DNA from: Tubulanus polymorphus | Lineage: Eukaryota > Animalia > Nemertea | Direction of reading: 5' to 3' | Assembly: GCF_964204645.1 (NCBI RefSeq) | Contig: NC_134028.1 | Location: forward strand, 23,246,345 to 23,310,344 | Length of the DNA: 64,000 bases | Part shown: positions 36,801 to 51,699 of the stretch, in pieces | How positions within the stretch are numbered: position 1 is the first letter of the stretch | Layout: every line of letters starts with the position of its first letter | The notes under the pieces: model-generated | Seen by the model: the letters and a program-made list of their open reading frames with translations, nothing else | What the model was told of the DNA's origin: nothing | Databases searched by the model: none | Position numbers and translations under genes: made by a program

Positions 36801-37860
36801 TAGAACAATACAGGAGCTTATAGAATATAGTTTGAATATTTATTTATACGACGCTCGCTAACAATTGCACACGACATAAGCTACGCTTTAATATTCAGGG
36901 GGGGGGGGCTATGAAATAATCAGTTTTTGTATACATAGTCATTCATTCATTCATATATACGTATTAGGTATTATTTATCGTTTTTAAACTGCTGTGAAGT
37001 TAATAGAAATTACTTTGAATAAAATTAGATTAGCTACTTTGAAATGAATCTGAAATCGGTCAACCAGTCAGAACGTTACTTCGTTTCATTTTCTTTCTTA
37101 ATTTTCTATTATCTTCACGTTTTCGCCCGGTCACAACAGTCACATAAGATAAACATTGAAATATTCGTCAAACATTCCTTGCTGAAATCGTGGTCTGATA
37201 TTCATGGCCGTAGGTCTGATATCTAGTTGATAGACCAGCCTGAAACCGGTTGTAGTTAGAATGGCAATAACGAGCTGGAATCTCATTTTAATTCCAATTT
37301 CATCGCATGTAGTCAGAAGTAGATTATTCAATGAAAGTGCCGATGATGGCTCAGTGGATAACTGCGCAGCTGTATTGACACCTTCTACTAGTCAATTTGA
37401 ATAAGTATTCGTTCCTTCGCGTTGACTACCGATATCTGCTGCTTAGAGAGAGAATTGCTTCTGCAGCCTAGTTAATCTAAATTTTCATTAGATACGAGGT
37501 GATATAATTAACACTTCTAATAGTTGTATGTATATATTACACTTCGTAATCAATAATTCGAGAGATCGAATTCATTCAAATACCGCTTGAAGATGTTATA
37601 GGATATGTAATTCAGAAGTACATTAAAGTCTTAATAGGCCTACGATACAATTTCAGCAAAGAATGTCCTAATGTTTTTCACATGCTGATACAGCCTTCAA
37701 TGCTTGTCAAGAAGAGAAAGATTGTTACGCACAATAGTCAGATAGATTCCCAGAGTTGACTTCGAGGTTTGGAAGGCACTAAAACCTTTCAGAATTTCAT
37801 TTTGGTTTAGAAGAATAAGTGATTTTGGGTTAGAACTGAAAGATTAGATAGGTACACTGG

Positions 37861-37909
37861 TCAGTCTGACCTTGGAGTAATCAGACTGATTACTCCAAGG
37901 TCTGACTGA
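37861..37909. repeat. Near-perfect 49-nt palindrome between two diverged ~90-bp direct repeats
   Basis: TCAGTCTGACCTTGGAGTAATCAG-A-CTGATTACTCCAAGGTCTGACTGA, arms match 23/24. Confidence 0.9.
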
Positions 37910-40900
37910 AAGATTCCCAGAGGCGACGCAAAGATTTGGAAGCCACTAGACCCTTTCAGAATTTCATTTTGATTTAGATGAGTAAACGATTTTATGGCTT
38001 TTAATATGATATCCAATACATGGCAACAGGAAGGCTGTAAATATGTCTAAGTTGAATATTGATAAATATCGGATATATTTTATAATATACATGAATATTT
38101 TATGATACATTTCACGGAAAATAAAGTATACGCTAAGGATCGGTATATGATGATGGTTATCATTATTAAATATGTATTATTCATTACGGATAATGTAAAT
38201 TTCATTCTTACCAGCCAAAAAACCTGCAACATACGCAACGGTTAGATAACAGAATGTAGAAAAATTCGCAACGAAAATCAGATGATGAAAGCGATTATCG
38301 GATTAAAAATTGTATAGGTTTAGATAAACGAAAAGAAATGAAAAGAACGTATAATGAAATACTGAACAGATCTTTCGTCGTTTTTAATTTGAGATTATTT
38401 AAAGTAGAAAAGCAAAACTGAAGATTAGTAAAAACATGAGGACAATAGAATGACATTTTGCGGAACCTCCACTGGTAAAACTAGAACAGCACAACTGCAT
38501 ACGTATCTGAATGAAAGGTTTATACTGAATACTAACATTTCTGGTCCGTCTATTGCTGGGCCGAATATGTATTCTTTCTTTCTCTCTCTCCTCTCTCTCT
38601 ATTTCAATGAAACACTCAATAAGAAGATAAGTGGGAATAATGACGAATATTGACTGGTACTGGAAGCTGAGAGAGGTTGTTTTACTCGGCGAGTAGACCA
38701 CATTTATCATGTAATTAGATCTACTCCAGCATGACCAACATCGACATCTGTGAGAAACATCAATACCCGGGCAGATACTATATGAAAAAAGTCAGAAGCA
38801 TGTCAAGAGTCGGGTGCAAGTAGCTGGATCATAATCCACGGCTCGACGGGCATCAGTACGGAACAACACGCACTCAGCATCCAACCATCATAACTGTCAG
38901 ACTTTTTATTAATTCCTGCCAACGCGATATTACAGACGTTTCTCGCTCCGTGATGAAGCAGCTGACAAGCGTTTGGTCAAACAGAAGTCTTAACTGTACC
39001 GTGACCGAGGAAGCGATGAACGATATTCTCAAAATATACCCCATTCGCCGAAGTCGACACGTAAAATATAGATGTCACAGATTCATCGGAATTTAAAGAA
39101 AATACAAAAAATCGTTCGAACATTGAAATTTGGAGGAACAATTTGAACTTTTCCATGTGAGGGGGTGCTTCGTTAACTGAATCGCCGAAGACGACATCGA
39201 GAGATGCCAGATTCATCAACGTACAAAATACAAATCGTCCAAACAATTACATTTTAGACAATTCATTCATTTTGACGCGAAGGGATATTTCCGAATCTGC
39301 ATCCACTCCTTACACACCAGTACAGTTCTTAGAACTGATGTCTCTATGGTGAATATACAAACCTTGACCAGGAAATGACACCGACAACATGCTTGTCGTA
39401 ACACACCCCGTCATCGGCGTTAATGAGCTTGGTTTAAAAGGTAACGTTTCGATCATTGGTAATTATATTCCTGCAGATTACGAAACCACTAAGGCGAATC
39501 AAACCGACGCTTTATCATCAATTCATACCAAGTGAGTCTCATCGTCAATTAAGCAAATGTCGTTAGTAGCTGCAGTTTTGAAAACCATAAATTTCAATTC
39601 ACTGACCCGTTGCCTCCATTAGAGCTGGGGCGATTAATCACATCACCGAGATGACAACTATGGAATATTGAATTCATTGGAATAAAGGAAGTTCCTCTGT
39701 TCACTGAAGTCTATCTGTGTGCGTGTGTGCGTGTATGTGGTATTTGCTATATTTTTTACACACGCGCGGAGGTGAAGGTCACGTGGTGAGTGGTAAACCT
39801 GACAATGACGAATGAAGTTCTTTTCACTTTTCCTAATCGCTCTTTTCAGCTAACGGTCGAAGAGAATGCGAGATGCGCGCGAAACGCATGATCGAAAAAA
39901 AAATGGAAAATCGTTCATTTCCTCAACGGACATTATAGGATGTTTAAGTAGCGCTATTAGCAGCAATGAGCGGTTTGTCCATCCATTTAGACAAGGGATC
40001 TTAACGAATATCGACTTTTCGAAACAATCCGCAATAGAACGACGTCCTTGAGTCCAAGATACCGTTGGCAACCTTGTGTACATATATGTGTTATGCAAAA
40101 ACGACCTCAACATCGATGGAAATCCCAAAGCGATTTCGGTTATGTCTCGTCCCGAATGGGCAACAGAATATAAGATGATATAACATAATACATAATGATG
40201 TAAACCGACTGATATCGACCGAGCAGTGACGTATCCTTCATTTTTCTACTGTTCAAACATCAGGAAAAAGGACATACGCCGGGCTTCTGCCTGCTGAAAA
40301 ATCAGAGGCATCCACATTTTAATGTATTCTAACAACAGGATTGGTACTACATACATATTACAGTTTTTGGATTATTTCTTCCAGTACTCAGGATCAAAAG
40401 ATCTATGTTTTTCATTATTGGCCCTGTGGGACCTGTGGCGACGTCACTGCTGAGCTACTGACCCAGTGGGCTAGTTCTAGTGCATTGCGTGCACGGCGTC
40501 CCCCGTGCATTTCTCTGTCACTTACTAATGGGCTCAATTCAGAAGAACTTTTGTTGTCTCGGCAAATCCTAGTACTAAACACCCAGTATTGATAATATTG
40601 TCAATAGCTGAAAGCGGTAAGACATAAACTTGATTTATAAGTCCACCAGCTACATTTAATAGCTCAATTAATAAAAGTTTTAATGAGACGTCTCTCAATA
40701 GCTCAATACTGATCGCTTGTCGTTAAATATGAGATAGCAAATCTCATTTCAACAAACTGCAAGTGAAGAATGATGAAGTAGTGTAAGTTGAGTCTACGAG
40801 CAATCTGGCTAGTAGGTTGAGTGAAGCATAGCTCTCCCTCGCTCTCTCGCTCTTCGCACAATGGCTTTAGTTTCCGCTCTGAGGCGAATAATTTGTAACC

Positions 40901-43900
40901 TGTTGAATAAAGGCTAAGACCATCAAGACAGCTACAATTTTCTCCTAATCATTGTCCCCGAAGTAAAAGTAAACCAACACGGAACCAGCCACCAGTGACT
41001 GCTTGCGATAAATTAGATAAACTGCTTAGTTGATAAATCATCCTTCTGTTTCCCGCGGCAACGGGCAAAAACTGCGTCTTAATACGAACGCCGTGAGAGG
41101 AGGTTCCATTGCAAACGCAATATTTGATTTAGAGAAATCGTCAGCGTGTCTTTATCTGTGATAAATCATTGTGTCGGTGAAGGTATAATCTGTACCGCTG
41201 ATTAACAGGTAAAAATCACTATAATCTACAGCCCGTGAACGAGTGTTTTATTAAACATCTTTTTTCTCGATTTTCGCTTTACGCTCTCGTGTTCTGATAA
41301 TCGGCTGCGGAAATTATTCATCGAATATTTCGCGCGTATACGGAAAATCGTCTGCATAAAGTTCAAGGTCACGTTCAGTCTGGAAAACTGAGATGTGTGC
41401 GGTTATGGTAATACTAGTACTCTCCGTCAGAAAAGTCGAGTTTTGCTGGCCTTGAAATTTACTCGTCGAGGATTTCCTGCTTTTACCGATGTCTGTTTGA
41501 AGTTTATCTGCTCGTGGTTCATAATAACATCGTTAGTAAATGAAGTCAGCCTCAATCTGCGCTATTCGAACTAATTTATCTGAAATTGAAACTCGGGCTT
41601 CCAGCGAATGATTCAAGAACGGGAGCATTCCCAGTCAGGAAAAAGATTTCATTCTTAAAATCAAGCATTAGGAACTCTTTGAAGATTACTAGTGCTAGAT
41701 GTTCCCAGATGTCGTACATGTCATTATTTGTATCGCTCGATTGATTCACGTAAACTCTGAGAGACGAAATAAAGTAACATTTCTTGTAACGAAGTGACAC
41801 TGGGGTAATTCATTCATCAACTCTATCATAGTACGAGACAAGATGTTCAGCGGCATCGTCTACGACGTTTGCCATTTATTGCAGAGAAGAATTCAGTTTG
41901 TCGTAAAGAGGACAATACATCATGTTTCCGAACAACAATCATACGCTTTGCTTCTACCAACTGACATCTGTAATCATACGATTAGGTCACGGGACGAACC
42001 TTGCCGAATAATCGATCGCATTATATGACAAATGGCAAACATCCAACAGTCCCAGTAACATTTCTTATACATGTATTATTGCCGTTTTTCAAGTACGACC
42101 AGTTTCGAAAGAGTTTGCTCGGGTCAAAATGAGTTGGTCGTTAGCCGAGTTGAATTAACTGATCGGAGATCTGCGAAATTGGCGAATCGTGTTAAATTCC
42201 TCACGGAAATCACTGCGAAAAAAGTTGATGCTGACGAGGGTTGTTGTCGGCGGCAATCTGACGTTAACTCGGTTAGTCGACGGCTGAACCGACAGATCAA
42301 ACCGGATTATCTGCATAATCTCGGTAATCACCCAGATCATCACGGCTTCAACAAACACCGCAGTCAGCACAATACCAACATGTCCATCAAAATCATTTTG
42401 AACTCGTTCCAGTACAATACAACATATTCCCCTTCTTCAGAGCTGCTGTGTCCATAAGATATTCTCAAAGTTACAACTATAGTGCATTACAATCTCGGCA
42501 CTTTTAAAGTGAAATAGCAGCATTTCTTCTTGAATCTAAAGACGAATTTCCGACGTTTTTCTTTATCAATGATCAAGCCATAGAATAGGAAAATGTATTT
42601 GCATTCAAATCTAGAAATCCTTTTGAAAAAAAAGACAACCATAGATTTTGATTACGTTGTAACTCTGGGAATAGACTGCGATATAGCTTCTCTGCAGAAA
42701 ATCATCTGATGACATTGGGTCCAAAACCTACAAAAAGCTCTTTTCAACACTCTCAGGATTTCGCCTGAAAAGTAACTGCTAACCAGGGCCTTTCCTTGAT
42801 TTTTCCATTGGCAAGTTCTTTTCAGAATTTGCTCTAGACTTTTTTGCAGCTTTGTCTCCTGCACAGGATGACGATCTAACGTCATCAAACGGACAAAACT
42901 GAATGACGTTTAAATCATTCCACTCATCGAATAGTACGAAATAATGGTTGAATGTAACCGCATGTCATATGCAGCAAACCAAGACCCATATCAACCTTTA
43001 CAGCATCGCCAAGGACATTTACAGTCGCATTATGAAAACCATCGGCAATTCGTGTTACTAGTCATGCGCGATACTAGTTTGATTACATCCATAACTGCCG
43101 TGGTCAAATCGCTCACTTCTTTCAACTAGTATCAAAAGGTTGTAAGCGAGTCATGATGCCAAGTTCAGTTTCTCTGCGAATGTTTCAGAATTGAGACGAG
43201 CGAAAGTTAGCTCAATTCTGCATCAGAAAGAAGTCTTGATAGTTCTGAGCAGAATATTTGCTAATCATAATCAGGAGGTTTCTATCAAAATTCCTCCATT
43301 TTTGTCTAGGCACACTTTTTCTTTTTCTACCTACAGAAAAATGTGTCGAGAAGGAATGATTAGCAAACGCCGAGACAGCGACTAACAAAGCCAATATTTA
43401 GAATTTTTAAGAGCTCAACTAGCCGACAAAGTCACACAGTCGATGGAGTGGACATAAGATCAACGCATGAATAGTAAGCCAATGAACGAGTGCAGCACAA
43501 TTAGCTTAATTCTTCATATGAGTCAAGTACAGACACAGTTTGCCCCAGCGGTTGTCTATTTCATAATCAAATAATAACTGTCTGACCAACAGAATATCAA
43601 GAGCGTAATGCTCCCAACACGAATGAGCCTTCGGGATGCGAGCAAATCAAATCAGTTACCAGCGAGGAAAACAATCCTAGACTGCTGCTAAAGGAAACTG
43701 AGTTAGTTAAACTCAAAATTTTGAGTCAGTTGCCAATTACGAGTCGAATTTCTAAGAATGTTCTACATCATTCCGTGTCCAGTCACAAGCAAATCATAGG
43801 GCCGTACGGTGAGAATAGAATCAGAGACCTCACGAGCCCGTTGACAATAATTTGTTGACCCCTGACTGTTTCGGCTTGTTCTGACCAGGGTAAATACCAC

Positions 43901-46232
43901 TCGGTCTTAATACTCAATGTGACCTCGGTAACCCGGTATCTTATAACAGATAATAGATTAAATTGAAGGTAATTTCTTCAAACCTAGTATTTTTCAATCA
44001 GCGGTATTGACTTGGCAACTACAGGCTGCATACATTTTGCAAACATGAGCACATAATAAGACATATACACTGTAGCTGCCTTGACAAATTAATTTCACTT
44101 GACAACTTGCTAAACACGTGTGCAAAAATAGCACTGTCTACTAGTGATCACACGTCTAAAACATGATTGATTGATTTACAAAGACCGTCCTTAAACAAAT
44201 GTATCTCAATGAGACAATTCTGACAAGTAAAGATATATATCAAACGTTCAAATATCCATTCATCTTATGCACCTCTTGTCAATAGAATTGCAATGCCATT
44301 CAGTGACACATGTATTCCAGACCGGCGCTGTTCTGGATGTGCTGATGTAACAGAATTCAAAAGCAAAGGAAAATTAAAGCGAACTGAATGAAAATGATGA
44401 TGATCAAAATGAAGTATAGTTTGTTCAATTAGGGGGGGGGGCAGGTATAAAACGCCAGATTACAAATAGAGAATAAATATGAATAATTGAAACATATATT
44501 TAAGTCCCTCTGGGTAAAAGTAAGTTATTTGGTAAACACAATATGGTTAAGTTTGATAAAAACTTATTTTAGTCGATGTTTAAACAATTCATATGAAACA
44601 AATGAATGTGTACCAACCGCTTTTTAACTACGAGAATGATCAAAAACCGAAACTTAAGGAAATTGAAAACGTAATTATTGAATTTGTAAAAATGACGAGT
44701 TCTAGTATTTAGGTATACTGTATACACACGAAGTATTAATCGGTGGTATTTGTACAAATCGAACGGAACTGTAAACCACAGCGAAATGGTCAATGTAAGG
44801 AAATTAACACTGGTTGTTAACACGGCCAAAAGAGACATAAAATGCAGGCAATAAACGCTGCAATACGTCGATACCACGCAAGCTGCTGCTGTGCTCGTGA
44901 TTTAAGAAATATAAGATCCACCGCTAACAGGTTAAACTGTACTTAACTGTTATATCAATGGCTTTTATGAAATCATTCACACATTCAAATCGAATTGGTA
45001 CTCATTCATTTGCGTTCACTTTGGTTATTAACGCGTAAATGTTATCAACAGAGCTTTTACCATAATCATTATTAATATCTAGATTAGCAGTGGTGATGGT
45101 ATTATTCATTTACAGGACAAGACAAATATTGAGCGTCTTCTGTCATCGTCTGGTTATTACCATAATTATATATTGTCAGACAGATAAAGTGCAACAAGAA
45201 GCGAAGTGCGGTTTTTCCATAATTAATAGAACGACATGCAGATCATTATCGATAAACAGTCATAACGATGTTTTTTTTTTTCTGGATAGGAGTTTCTCGA
45301 GTGAAGTCAACTTGTTTCGGAGGATTCTGATAGAATGCGACGTGGCAGCCGATGACGTCGAAATGATGCGAATCAGTATAAGATCAAAGATTTCGAATCA
45401 TAAATGGCTTACGACGTCGGGGAGCTCTATGCGAGATGGAAGCACGCAGATCTGCTCTAGTATAGCGTATGCGTCCTTTTTCTTTATATTAGCCATTTTA
45501 TGATCGTATTTTCTTTTCTGACATAAGCCGATGAACCCTGCGGCGATTGTACTGCGCAAACAACATTGACATGAGCATCGGAACCAACTAACAAAATATG
45601 GCAATTAAGCCGGGACTTGGTCGAATGACAGCCGTATTTCTAAAACGTCATAAAATGGATGTATTTTCGGAGACGTTTGTAGAATATGGGGATAGAAAAA
45701 AATTTCTTTATATGCTAGTCATTTTCACTTGAGAGCGATTCGAAAGAAATATACGGCAATAAAACAGCGACAAGGAAATTCCCTTAAACGCGATATTATG
45801 GAGCGCGTTGAGCTTGGCATCGAGATAACAGTGTTTCGACGACTATAAGTCAACGGTCATCAAATGTAAAACGCAGTTCAATTAGTGCTTAATGGCAGTA
45901 GAATTCTCGGACGGACAGTTTTAGTATTTGCATAAATAGATTCGAAGTCTCGAGTAATTTCAGATAAGATTTTTGGACGATTTTGATACTCAGAACGGAT
46001 GCTATCAGAGAAAAAAAACTAACTCGACAAGTTGATTTCACTTAAGAAAAAAAAACTTCATTTCTTCATTATTTAAATCTTAGCATATTCGTGAAGATTG
46101 AAAAACGGACGCCATTAAACAATGTACTTTACACGGTTCGCGTGTTTTAAATCACGTATAATGACAAACAAAAGGCGGTTGTGAAAAAAAAGCTTTCGGA
46201 TAGGATAGAAAGAACTGTCGAATGTAACTTAC

Positions 46233-46478
46233 CCCGCTATGACAATGAACATATCCAGTCGATTCCACGTCTCGGCGAGGTACCGGTCCTTGCCAAACAC
46301 GCCCATCGCGCAACACTTGGCAAACATTTCAAACGCGAAAAACGCAAAAATGAAATGGTCGAATCCTTCGAGGACCTGGCATCGGGTGTTGTCGCAGATT
46401 TCATCTTCGCACGGTCGGTACATACCGAGAGTAACGCAGTTCAATAGGATAACAGCCATGCTCAGGCGCTCGAACCAT
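46233..46478 (-). CDS. Cav3: Cav3 exon, IS1-IS3 ([19 protein letters not shown]...[12 protein letters not shown]), 246 nt
   Basis: Translation matches Cav3 IS1-S3. Acceptor is ...TCCTTAACTTCGTTGTAC|ATGG (AC-ending). Donor GG|gtaagt at 46232. Confidence 0.95.
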
Positions 46479-46496
46479 GTACAACGAAGTTAAGGA
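46479..46496 (-). promoter_or_regulatory. U12-type (minor spliceosome) branch point and AC 3' splice site
   Basis: TCCTTAAC at 46496-46489, then AC at 46480-46479 directly before the (P)WFE codons. No AG acceptor at this boundary. Confidence 0.9.
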
Positions 46497-49400
46497 TAAT
46501 ATTCATGAATGTTTCGAATGAAAACTATGAAAAAAATCAGGAATTTTCTACTCCTGCGCTAACGGTAACATGTTAAAATGTTTCCGTCATGAACATTGGA
46601 AGAAAATGTACAAATCAATCAACATTCAGGACAAGACACATCATACTAAAAATCAGTATTCCAGGCGATTACTCTCTGAGTATTTCTAGGGTCAAAAGTT
46701 TGGCGAATACAGAAAATCAGGAACACTCGAGGAAGCTCTAGCTGTTTGTATTTTCTTTAAAAATTTTCACTAAAAAGTAGTGGATAGCAAGGTTTCGGAA
46801 CGCAGAATAAGTCTTAGCAGAATTTTATTTATCGTTTTGAAGGCAGAATCGAATGACATGTCTTAAAACGGTGATACTATACTGTCAGCTTTTGATAAAT
46901 GAACCATTAAGCAGCTGGAGACGCCCAGCGAGTGAGGTTATCGATGATACAAAACGTAACCTCGGTGACCCCTTATTCATGACTGTCTGCACCCGTAGTA
47001 AAAACGTGACGAGAAAATAGAGGCATAAATCAAGTAGACTCGTAACTTACGAGATGACATGACGCGTACACGATGGTTATCAGCCGTGGTCATCATCTGG
47101 AATTAACCAATCATGAAGAACGCTTATCATAATCGGGCACCGAATCTTTGCGGTCGAGTGCTTCAATGGATATATCAAGATAGCAACATTGCGTACACGC
47201 TTCATCGCACATCAGTAATCAGTTCAATTAGACTTATTTAATAGTATCAATCATCGGACTATCAGCGGAGTTTATACATCACTGATCAACGTGACGTAGT
47301 GTTTAACATTTTAGAGTATGACGCAGGTCGCCGTACACTCGTACTCCGTCGGTACTACGGGTGGTGGACTTTTGCTTGAAATATAGGATCGATTCATCCC
47401 CTGGAGTTAAAGTAAAATCGATAATCAACAGAACCTGCCAGTGACTGATATATCTGTCACTAGTACTGAATCAAAACCCGAATCATATATCACATATTTA
47501 GATGACATTTCCCTAGCCATGATATCGCGCGTGTATTTGATTCACCTGCCACAGCGCCAGGAGTCTCGCAGTTTATACCAGGGCTTCCATTGATTAATCA
47601 ATGCTCCATATTCGGAAATACGATATATCATTTCAATATCGGACAGTCTGGTGTTTTTTGCTTTTTTTATCAAATGATGAAGCGAAGTAACATGTTTATA
47701 TCAATACGGCAAACCAAACACGATTACTTCACAAGATTCCTTACAAAATCCACTTAGATTTTCCAGTCATAACACATATCACATCGCCCCCTGATATCAT
47801 ATCTCAACTAGTATCTAGTTACACACTAGTACAAGAAAGAATGTTCAGCCGTTAATATATAGTAAATTTTCTGAGAGTGAATGTCTGGACGAGTTGCTTC
47901 CGTATACATATTTATATATCTATACAACTCCGAGTAAATACAAACATGCAGAATTTTCTGACAAAACGCCAACATCTCCGGGCAATTAATCAAAGCATAT
48001 TCATCACACCTACAAACCATCGCTCCTAATGATGTTGCACCATCAAACATGCGCAGAATGCATTTCATTATTGTTAATAGTGTGCGTGTGTTTGCGCATT
48101 GGCTGTTTACAGACCTTTGGCAGTAAGTAACTTTTCTCGCTGATTAATACGAATTTACTATTAATAATAGCTGATTTTTAATTAGTGATAATGTACAGGA
48201 CGTGTGCATTGAATTAGATATTCCATCACTGCGGAATATTCGAAACATGCCGAAAAAATTATACGTCTCAATTATTTTTTTTAGCCAATTTACACATCAT
48301 TTAGAAGCCTAATTACAATAAATATTCTACGGTTTGAATGTGATTATATATAATCGAAATAAACCAGATGCTATGTAATGAATTATAGCCGTGTCAGTTA
48401 ATGCTATAATCTACATTTAACTGTTTAAAACCACCAGTGTGATAACAAAGAAATCTATGATTTTTTGTCGGGCATTTCATATTGGTAAACTATCAAATGA
48501 ATGTAAACGTTAGTTTGGTTTCAAAGTGGCTGTCCATAATCCAATTGAAGAATAAACCCATATTAAAGATATCAACAAAAATGTTTTGAAAATGGCTCAT
48601 AGAATTGAATTGAAACGTCACTACTCTTAGTTTTTCTTCAATACACATTGTAAAAGTAGAATAGTATTTAGTAGATTAGCCCTTACACTCAGACGTGGAG
48701 AGCAGATAATAGATTAGAACCAACTAAACACAAATTTAAATGATTAGAAACGAAATTTACTTAACAAAAATGAAAAATAAAACCAAAAGACACAATGGTT
48801 TTGGACTCCCCATAAAAACCATCGTTAGATACAATATACCCGCGTGGCGAAACAAAACGCTAAAATATCAATAACTGAAACATGAATGCAGTTAATTTTA
48901 GAAAAATCGAATCTGATTTTTTTAGAGCTATACGCGCACTGTTCTATATACACGCAGCTATTACACCTTCGCCTGGGGTAATTCACAAGAATTCACTACG
49001 TATACTAAATGATCAGGTTTTTTTGCCGAAATCCAAGTACGCGGGTACTGCGAATACTGCGGGAGTGCTGTATGAGAAAGTTATCAGGAAGTGAGGCAGT
49101 AACAGGTAGAACGGATAAGAATGTGGGATTGTTTGCGGTTTACCGTGCAGAGCTCCTGCCGGTTATGCAACTTGTTACTTTCGTTGTGGAACTCCATTCA
49201 ACGGAATCAACGTAAATATCAGCAAACAAACTACAGACGAACCGTCAGTTTGATGAATCTATTTGGGGCGTAGATAGAATGCAATACTGTAAAGAATCGG
49301 ACCTACTCATATTTTGGCCAAGTCATCATTTTCAAAATCCCTTCAATTCATATCCATACACTTGCCGGCAGAATTTAAGAGTCTACATATCAACTCCTTT

Positions 49401-49625
49401 GTTTTCTACTGACATTCGCTTCACTTAGTTCGACTATAGTCGACTAGCTCAGATAACCGAAGTTGGCCCAGAGAGGCCTCAAGGCTTGTTATGCCCTGGG
49501 TACCGGATATATGGTTCCAGACCAGATACATTCCCCACTGGGATAGATCCTGAAGACACCGGTGTAGCAAACCGCATTAGAACTTGTTCTTAGAATTTAT
49601 CATTTCTTATCATTGATTTATCATA

Positions 49626-49691
49626 GAAGTTTTCATTGTTTTATACTCGTGAAGACGGGAAGTTTTCATTGTTTTATACTCGTGGAGACGG
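49626..49691. repeat. 33-bp tandem duplication, one mismatch
   Basis: GAAGTTTTCATTGTTTTATACTCGTG(A/G)AGACGG twice. Confidence 0.9.
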
Positions 49692-50784
49692 GAGACAACT
49701 TTCAACGATCTCGCCAAATATCCGGGTTTTTCAAACGTGTTCTTCGCAGCCTTGATCAACATGTTCAATGTTCATCGAGATGATTAAAATCGAGGCATTC
49801 CTGACTGAAGTCTTACGAACATTTGATCAATATGACCTTTGAAGTTTACTCGCGATGTTACGGAGAGATATGCATAACCGTGATGCGCCTAGGTAATTGA
49901 CCTCAACGCACTTTTACCCCGAACTGTATAGAATAGGCTTCGGTAGAACTTCCCATCCGAGTTGACAAAACAATAACTGAATGTTGTATCGTCAAAATCA
50001 AATCCGCGGAAGTATTTACAAGTACGATAGCGAAATATTCATGCGAAGAAATAATGAAGGAAACATCGAAGAAATGGCTAATGGAGGGAGCAAAGGCTGG
50101 CAAATACTAAATAGCCGTTTATTGATCAAAGCCATATGTGATCATCTCACGCCGAGTCTGAAATCGCGACATGAAGTCCAAGAATTCAATCATTCCTAAA
50201 ATCCATATCACGCATATACCTAAGTAAATGAGCTATTGATTTTGCCAGGCTTCCAGTCACGTATCATCAATCAAATTCTGAAATATCTTAAACTCGCGAT
50301 AAGGCTATACCGAGTCAATAAGCCGGCAAGTTGAATTAAACACATTTTGGCATTTCTCACCATGTCTTAATCGATCAGTTACAGTTCAATCCGCAGCCGG
50401 CACATCGACAGCATTCAAACTACGAAAGTTGATAATGATTTTTCTGTAAGAATTGCATTTTCCCCGTACACCATTGTGTACGTGAGCCATACCCATATAC
50501 CGACGGAATTCTAATCGAGTGATGGAAAGAATTTGCGCGGCTCGAAACGTGTAACCTTCTGATCGGTGTCGCGAAGTAGGCTCATCATTCTTCTGGTAAG
50601 TCAACAGTTTGCCAATTATGAAACTATCCTGGGAAACATAACGGCTCTCCAGACATTTGCAATCGTTTATGCGCGTTGATGTAATGAAAACACAAGCATC
50701 GCAGCGGTGGTGCTGGTGGTGGTCGCAGCACAGACTACAGTATGGAAATTACACTGTACGATGACAGTAAATTGTAAATGCCAT

Positions 50785-50828
50785 AGCAGAAGAGATGCTT
50801 CTTTAAATAAAGAAGTATCTCTTCTGCT
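50785..50828. repeat. 44-nt near-perfect palindrome
   Basis: AGCAGAAGAGATGCTTCTTTA-AA-TAAAGAAGTATCTCTTCTGCT, arms match 20/21. Confidence 0.85.
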
Positions 50829-51535
50829 TCTTTATTTCCATTTTGTGACACCGCTATCGATTGCAGTCAACCTTTCGAACTTACAAACTCAGTAGTGCAG
50901 TGGTAAGCATGTAATCAGGGAATGATGACGTGTTGATAGTGAATGCAGCATTTGGCAATCAGTTCCCACAATATTCAATATTGACTGGTCACACAACACC
51001 TGACAGGTAACCACCCTGAACACTAAACTAGTCCCATACCGTTCACAATTCCTAGCAGTGTCAGTCTCAGTGGTCCAGCATGTTGGATGTGCCAGATCAA
51101 GTCACTTTTCACTTTTCATTCCTTTTCACACAGAATTACATATTGACCAAAATACTTTTTTTAAAGTTTGATTTCAGTCTTTTTTACATCAGAGTACTGT
51201 CCTTTCATTGAACTATTGTTTTCATTGGTGCGTTCAAAAGAACACTGCTGAAATCATGAAAACCTACGAACCCGAGGCTAAGAAATGAAATCAGCTCCTA
51301 ATCAGCTGGGTCGTTTTCTAAATCGCAATAAAATTTGTAATAAACTAATTTCTATGGCTGCTGGGTCTGTTATGGTTCGCTTGATCATGATTTTAATAAG
51401 GTAATGTACAGTGTAGCTTTTCAAAGGGTCAACTTTTATGCTCAGCAGAAATGAAAAACAAGGTATCAATTTTCTTTTTAGCCTAAATAGAATTTTTGGG
51501 AAAGGTGACTTTTCATTTCAATTCCAATGTGAATT

Positions 51536-51699
<164 letters not shown>

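Larger units (their letters stand above)
184..46478 (-). other. Cav3: Partial multi-exon gene: T-type voltage-gated calcium channel alpha1 subunit (domain I to domain II turret)
   Basis: Exons of 246+98+172+319+93+769+150+185+152+186+139 nt join in matching phases into 2509 nt of open frame. Cav3 hallmarks: [110 protein letters not shown]. Confidence 0.98.

Noticed and set aside
42652-42888. Possible LINE endonuclease relic (VQETK-like motif); similar vague coding-like patches at ~13600-13920 and ~25650-25920
   Set aside because: One short motif that needs a frameshift; a profile search against Dfam or Repbase would be required.
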